Virus record (IMG/VR): IMGVR_UViG_3300020442_001061
Coordinates: 1-59,562 of that record
Direction: 5' to 3' (one strand)
Source of the DNA: a virus
Lineage: Duplodnaviria > Caudoviricetes
DNA length: 59,562 nucleotides
Within the stretch, counting starts at the first letter, position 1; each line of letters starts with the position of its first letter. The notes under the pieces are model-generated. The model ran no database searches. It worked only from the letters and a program-made list of their open reading frames with translations, and was not told the origin of the DNA. Below, piece after piece: positions 56,601 to 59,562 of the stretch. The position numbers were made by a program, and so were the translations under genes.

Positions 56601-59562
56601 TTCTTACATACTTTAATACGTCCCAAGATAATCCTTTTTGTCCTACCCATATATAATCACCAACATTTATGCTTGTAAGATCTAATGTTAAAATATCATT
56701 ATATACAGCAACTTTAGTTTTTACATCTTGTTCATTTACATAACCAGCAGTAGTATGAACATATTTTAACGTGCTACGTGTTGGAAATGGTTTATGATCA
56801 TAATCTTTAGACTTTAAGTAAACTTCAAAAGGTCTTTGTCTATATACAAGATCTGTTTCTTGTCCTGTAGTTGTAGCAACAAGTTCAATAGGTTGTGGAC
56901 TTAATCTAAACTTACTTTCGTCTAGTGTAAATTCTACTTCGTCAAAGGATTCGCTTGAACCATACTGTCCTAAACGTATTGCCCATTCTTCAAAAAATTC
57001 TAAACTATCTGTTTCACTGTTTGATAATGCATCAAACAATTTAGTTAAACTATTTTTTGTTCCTTTGTCTTGAATAAAGCCTTGATAAAATTTGTACTGT
57101 GATACATCATCAGTAATAATATTTTCTAAATACTTACGTTTTTGATAACCAATTAAATGTTGTGCAATTTTTTGTTGTTGTGTATCAAAGTTGTCTGTAT
57201 CTAAATCATAAAAATCACCAAATTGATTTGCTTTATAATCAAGGTTTGCAATTAAACCACTCTGTGGACGTCTTTCTAATTTTTCCCATTCTTCGTTATT
57301 GAAAACATTAGTACCAGGTATCTTAACTTTTGCAACATAGAAAAATTCTTTATACTTAACTGTATCTCCAATAGCATAATCTTTATATGCTTCCCAAGTA
57401 TTTGTATTTGCTTCATCATAGATAAATCCTGGAATATTAAATCCACCGTTCCAAGCATCGGATCTATAACCTAAAACTTTTACTCTTTCTTGACGATAAC
57501 CAGGCCCTGTATCATATACAACATCTTTGAATACAGTTGTGTTATCAATAATACATACGTGTTCCTTTTGTACTAAAGGAACTTTAATTGCAAATATACC
57601 ATCTGCTGTATTTTTCGTTGTAAGTACAATTTTATTTTCATTACTTCTAAATACTTTCGCAAACTCTGGAAGTAATTTTTTACCGTCTGCTTTGAACAAT
57701 GAATAATCATAATAACCATTAAATAGATCATCTGCAACATTATATTCTTTTTCTAATACTAATTTATTTGCACCAGGACTTACAGTTATAACACTATCTG
57801 CTTTCCAGCCTTGTGTTGTCCAAAACATAAACTCTTTTGCACTAGTTGACCAATTTTCTACTAAATTAATATCTGGGTTAAAGTTTTCAAATACAAATCC
57901 TTGTGTTTTTAAGTATTCTCCATACCCTAATAAAAAGTCTACAACTTCTTGAATAGTTCTTAATGTTGTGCCATACAATAATTCTTCTGGTTCTTGATTA
58001 ATACCTATGTTAAAGTTTTTACTAAAGACTGCGTTTCTTCCGCCAACAGTTGGAAGTTCTGGAAGTTTTTGAAAATTATCAACAACAAAGTCTGCTGTGC
58101 TTTCATGTGCAATCTTTGTAGTATAATAATCTTTACCAAATGATACTATTTGTCCAACAGCATAAAATTTATTTGCTGACCAATCTACAAACGATTCACT
58201 TACGCCACCTATGTTTATTACAGGATCGTTAGCAAATCTAGTTGGTGTATAGTAATTAAAGTACGGATTAGAATTATCATATCCTCTTAGAACAAATCCT
58301 TCTGCTTTTTTCTCAATAATAACTCCACTGTAACTTAACAATTGAGTAGTGGAACTAGTGTTTAAAAATATATCATAGTTTTCTTCTGGAACAAATACGT
58401 TACCTTCATTGAATGGTGTTCTAGAATCTAATATAAGTTTAAATTTATTTTTTGCAGTAAAGCCGCCAATCTTAAAACCAAGTTGGTTAATTACACCTTT
58501 AAAATCTGTTTTGTATTTTTCGTAAACACCTAAGTTTTTTGACGCCATATACTCGTGAATATAATTTACTAAACCTGCTGTATAAATTCTTGTTTCATTT
58601 AAGATAGTGTTAGGATATACAATATCTGCAGGACGCATAGACTTACTTGTATCTTTGTAAACAACAAGTCCTGCCGCATTTCTAATTACTCTACTTCTAT
58701 CCCAACCAAGTCCCATAATCTTACTAGGCTGTGTTAGTAACCAACCAACAATTAAAGAGAACGGATATTCTGAACTTCTACGCCAAGCAGTTTCAGTTGG
58801 AGATTGATCACCAAATCTAAAAGACGCATTAGTGTTTATACTTGTAAATTGTTTTGCATAATTACTGTCTAAAGGACTTAATAAATTTCCACCATCGTCT
58901 ACAGGAATATGTGTAGTAAGTCCTGGACGTTTGTAATTTGCAACATACTGCACAGGTTTACCTGGCTCTGCAATTTTTCCTTGCTCTAAATCTTTCCAAA
59001 GAATTTTGTTTTCGCTAGTATAAGGTGCTGAGCCATATACAGTTTCCCACCACGTTGGTTTTATACTGAAACCAAGCATTTCCCAAGGATGTGTATGAGG
59101 ACGATCAGTATCATAAGCATCTTTGTATACTGCTCTCCAATATCCTCTTGACTTGTTACCATTTGGAGTAAGTGTTGAAGCATAGTTAAATGTAAAACTA
59201 TTACTTCTGTCATAGAAGTCATGATCTGTGTAATCTGGATTTCCTATAACTCTTAACCAATCAACAAAGTCAGATATCATTGCTTTATCTAATGCCCAAC
59301 CCATTATACCTGTTGATCTAAATTCACCTGACAGTAATTCATGTATGTTGACTAAATTTTTATCGTACTGTACTTTAATATTATTGTATATTCTTTTTTC
59401 TAATTCTAATATTAAATCATCTCTGTAATCACCATATGCTTTAAATATACTTCCGTCGTGTCCTTGGATAACATCAACAGGTGTAACGTATGAATTATCT
59501 GTAAACTTTGTTGGAACAAATTTAGGATATAAACCTAGTTTTGTAGGAGTAGGTGGAATATA
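47692..59562 (-). CDS. giant (>3,950 aa) baseplate-wedge-like virion protein, 5'-truncated by window edge
   Basis: Frame stays open from the listed ATG (59304) to the window end (YIPPTPTKLGLYP..IQGHDGS). Contains FG-GAP-like, W..Y..GD.V.Y, ITxxGxGY and FxGDG repeats. Confidence 0.8.
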   Translation of the reverse strand, partial: YIPPTPTKLGLYPKFVPTKFTDNSYVTPVDVIQGHDGSIFKAYGDYRDDLILELEKRIYNNIKVQYDKNLVNIHELLSGEFRSTGIMGWALDKAMISDFVDWLRVIGNPDYTDHDFYDRSNSFTFNYASTLTPNGNKSRGYWRAVYKDAYDTDRPHTHPWEMLGFSIKPTWWETVYGSAPYTSENKILWKDLEQGKIAEPGKPVQYVANYKRPGLTTHIPVDDGGNLLSPLDSNYAKQFTSINTNASFRFGDQSPTETAWRRSSEYPFSLIVGWLLTQPSKIMGLGWDRSRVIRNAAGLVVYKDTSKSMRPADIVYPNTILNETRIYTAGLVNYIHEYMASKNLGVYEKYKTDFKGVINQLGFKIGGFTAKNKFKLILDSRTPFNEGNVFVPEENYDIFLNTSSTTQLLSYSGVIIEKKAEGFVLRGYDNSNPYFNYYTPTRFANDPVINIGGVSESFVDWSANKFYAVGQIVSFGKDYYTTKIAHESTADFVVDNFQKLPELPTVGGRNAVFSKNFNIGINQEPEELLYGTTLRTIQEVVDFLLGYGEYLKTQGFVFENFNPDINLVENWSTSAKEFMFWTTQGWKADSVITVSPGANKLVLEKEYNVADDLFNGYYDYSLFKADGKKLLPEFAKVFRSNENKIVLTTKNTADGIFAIKVPLVQKEHVCIIDNTTVFKDVVYDTGPGYRQERVKVLGYRSDAWNGGFNIPGFIYDEANTNTWEAYKDYAIGDTVKYKEFFYVAKVKIPGTNVFNNEEWEKLERRPQSGLIANLDYKANQFGDFYDLDTDNFDTQQQKIAQHLIGYQKRKYLENIITDDVSQYKFYQGFIQDKGTKNSLTKLFDALSNSETDSLEFFEEWAIRLGQYGSSESFDEVEFTLDESKFRLSPQPIELVATTTGQETDLVYRQRPFEVYLKSKDYDHKPFPTRSTLKYVHTTAGYVNEQDVKTKVAVYNDILTLDLTSINVGDYIWVGQKGLSWDVLKYVRTDSRVLAVAKRDTDVVITLNEQARFDVDEIIGLVDVTGAEKFYKVKSVELKDIICHANGETEEVETANGFITEFRTAKAPDFDNANIILSNQNLKVGETLWVDKDANSNWLVLKNTPQFTSQQIISNVEAGDNAQEFGKVIAADERNTVLCVGAFEGNKVYIFKRYTDTVGYVHIQTIEPPQNLYTGDGSFGKALSISADAEFIVIGAPTASNVKTKFVETYSQASTYAPKDIVSYKEQIWQANYDIEAALGTYTFNSFYTSHDVEHAAYDNATGYPTTVYAIRGNYKFDGATTHVLIRAPRVQYIGSAVSDKIDIQWNQYSQNYPNGTLPFGQTGPALNDFEGTKTITGKIDNILFVDNLLRTPQPGDIISTTTAIGTVERVIVDNVSQGLIYVKDVNGQFDPTGTLIYNSESMGTYEEVSFANPSDTFGGWWVIDGLQSFTTATKEITIPNLVIADYITSAESKTAEVYGNTMDDVYTANQDINNPTRGGRIGNLSYYDTFGMPQLQPYWFVRAPKVVTDNLSVADNFTFKINRLLGGDPATVWDPSAIGLSFDYLDQPHTVYDLWDGFIDITYTNFSAPPASQPFIPQVGETVIEDFTGATGEVAFVQDNLLGARVYIKNMTGTFSYGNNFNATGNLSIVTGLGFNRLSGRIEATDLTTNYLGKMIVVRNNDSTLLQIASPSFRNEVEMQFYKNRTVTGVPRSANIPNPLNKDWTQLYNLPADSEGTASTFTNEGMYFVYNKTGSGEYKFNKGYVNLQRHNNAFLGNQIELCKKDTLYRLFVSSPGDATPTNAGRIHFVKKGFEGTTEYEWDNGQDRNFRGAFDSNEPYYTDEIVIYNGSLFRSLTNQAAGAFANSNWSVLNTGVDYIGYIPNDLNITVTGDQIFNEFDSSSTMVNFAHPFTTSRDGDVIVTVADYTDQYPQIGIYRYNDGHFEFYQTIATPDAVINTFFDQDTTQFDNNNTDFRVQAPDTKFASAISVSDDGDWLAVGAPLDDEKSNDNGKVYLYKNTDNVFTLHQLLYSPDNTVAERFGQALDFAKGTLMVSAQGGDLSSFTTFDSITTTFDNNLTQFKYTNKDSGQVFVYQLVGGSMLYAEKFAYNNPNVERFGEFILARDNHVYVSMPELNVNAEQNFIGTVIDFKRDRLKLPWETLREPISQVDLTKFKGVFIYNKDGTGFNNQLDYIDPVQGKIAGPADEEIRFKVPYDPAIYTTATNGLNVDSENYWGTEHVGRLWWDISKVKWIDNYQGNIIYNTANFNKMFTGSSVDVYEWVETDLTPERWDATADTEEGLVKGISGTSAYGSAAFVTKRLYDNVSGNFYNKYYYWVKNKKVLPQVTFRKTTAFDVAQLIQDPAGQNYKFVAIYGNDRFGLYNCKSLVEGTKKAINFRYWTIDNQSVDLHNEYQLISEGLKTSKPNQDIERKWYDSLIGSDSMNRPVPDPELSEKQKWGVLNRPRQSMFKNRPEALKQTIERINRVLKENLIVDELDFTKLLDKDPQPTLLSRRFDIAVDTIEELGFIGVAKVKQAILTPTFTDGRLTDVTITDPGSGYKTVPTIEFIQIGDGVNAQIEMTLNANGGIATVTIRNPGKEYASTTQITVRTFSALVKSDSTVSNKWSVYEYNKATGAYNRFSTQSYDVSEWWEYADWYAKGYNQFTTVDEVVNESYQLTSLNDSIGDIIKINNVGTGGWLLLEKTSDNVAVDYTTNYTTIGRQNGTIQFKVALYDPKTSNVGFDGLSYDTSFYDNQPTIELRKILEAIRDDIFVEGLEVEYNKLFVASVRYAFSEQANIDWAFKTSFIKAKHNAGDLEQKVTFQNDNLPSYEEFVKETKPYKTKIREYLSNYTKKDDTNSTVTDFDVPPAYDDVSQRIEPGAMKVRDNVIISTGGVTSNYPNKYWADNVGFEITNVNITNSGKGYQDIPVVRFVGGGGTGAKGIAKLGVGGSVVSIEITNTGKGYLSAPLVEIDGSLSTTDGIAAKASAVLGNSKARSVHVRVKFDRVTGTYFVTTLNNNETFTGNNSKTIFDLTYPMDLRSTEFSISVDNIEVLKSDYAVSNIAYNDKSYTRYKGRIEFNNPPANNSSIVVTYKKAIDMLQAQDRINLFYNPVTGQLGKDVAQLLDGIDYGGVEVKSFNFGTGTGWGNEPYYTTSYDSYDNTYDDEVFQLDGSTLSLTLSKALESGVQYNVYYKDSANPAKGFVRLDDPNYDGSTTGVAENPNAVMNPITGDGVQTTFLVDNDKIPTKANDVIIIRKSSSDGSFIPDPDAYDTLLSGGDMAYQNARGINAEEIVIDGDDFVSPTTSHGPEELVPGQLLDSVNIKVYDRTVDGGSVIQNYNYTYEGSYTFKLNSYPASQRDIFVKANGNILDASKWSVNYQTKELTLKDVTLTAGQPVNIITMSTNGENILDSDTFEGDGSTSVFVTSVKWKDNLSFYITKDGETIDAVLAETDASYESKGLTLLRLSVAPEPGTIIQYVIYDSEVKSFASVTTDEFTGDGCTTAFTLGAAPFNKKPLQHNTIVQVGNKILKAGFNEQFTISATREYEVTKWQFAQASIPAETVKVFINNVEQTINQTYRWNRFNNTVELFVDTGQIGDTLDVFIIDHGEFDFGYFDSNNVYVETPTQIHLDTAPTSGEKVRVYTFANHDPLQIERQNYKVKTFTTVTVGTDDYVEYHQLTNGFIKLRDKALDTDYVWLTRNGTLLTPSVEYSVLEDRRTLRVEIDIAADDELEVIHFSNPVAIPKFGYSQFKDMLNRYHFKRLGDVTTYQLAKDLNYFDTNISVTNSDTLPEPNKERSIPGIIFINGERIEYYLKEDGLLRQLRRGTLGTGIATLHKSGTPVLDQSNKQTVPYKDKQLVQNFTADGSTNAVTLDFIPKNVNEFEVYVAGKRLRKNAISVFNPLTDLDSPEGDTTSPAEFSVDGVTSTLTLTDTPAINTKITVIRRIGQRWTDVGTALHLQENDIARFIRNGEVALPK

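Noticed and set aside
41182-57458. Many 60-215-aa plus-strand or alternative-frame ORFs inside structural genes (for example 45613-46104 and 51701-52348)
   Set aside because: Antisense shadows of long genes with biased codon use; no SD or motifs.
59302-59304. ATG given by the ORF track as the start of the giant protein
   Set aside because: The frame has no stop up to base 59562, so the true start is outside the window.
1-59562. Stop-codon reassignment, as in some large phages
   Set aside because: The standard code gives near-complete coding density, and TAA, TAG and TGA all end genes at tight junctions.
1-59562. tRNA, CRISPR array, intron, intein or homing endonuclease
   Set aside because: Intergenic gaps are short, and no spaced repeats, cloverleaf or splicing/LAGLIDADG/HNH motifs were recognised by eye; a covariance-model search was not possible.

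Overview
AT-rich, densely coding window that reads as part of a large (jumbo-type) tailed myophage genome. No tRNA, rRNA, CRISPR array or IS element was seen. 1-8.9 kb: the C-terminal part of a QueE-like radical SAM gene, a T4 RNase H-like 5'-3' nuclease, small hypothetical genes, and a MoxR-type AAA ATPase plus HExxH/vWA gene pair, each with a near-identical sigma70 promoter. 8.9-10.3 kb: a tail-fibre-like gene. 10.3-40.7 kb: a ~30 kb, 37-gene tailoring-enzyme island in five alternating, almost gap-free operons. It encodes 10 radical SAM enzymes (6 with an N-terminal twitch-type domain), 4 Fe(II)/2OG-type oxygenases, ~6 glycosyltransferase-like proteins, a UDP-glucose dehydrogenase, a nucleotidyltransferase, a HAD phosphatase, a mini-kinase, 2 mini-SDRs, a class III aminotransferase, SAM decarboxylase, a QueC-like ATPase, and methyltransferase-, SGNH- and GNAT-like proteins. 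40.7-59.6 kb: virion structural genes, including three paralogous fibre-like proteins and a >3,950-aa baseplate-like protein that runs off the window. The island lies between virion genes and its operons start at T4-late-like (A)TAAATA boxes, some beside a recurring TACGYAYATAA motif. My best inference is a phage-encoded, late-expressed radical-SAM/glycosylation system that chemically decorates the virion or host surface. All functional calls come from motif recognition by eye; no searches were run.
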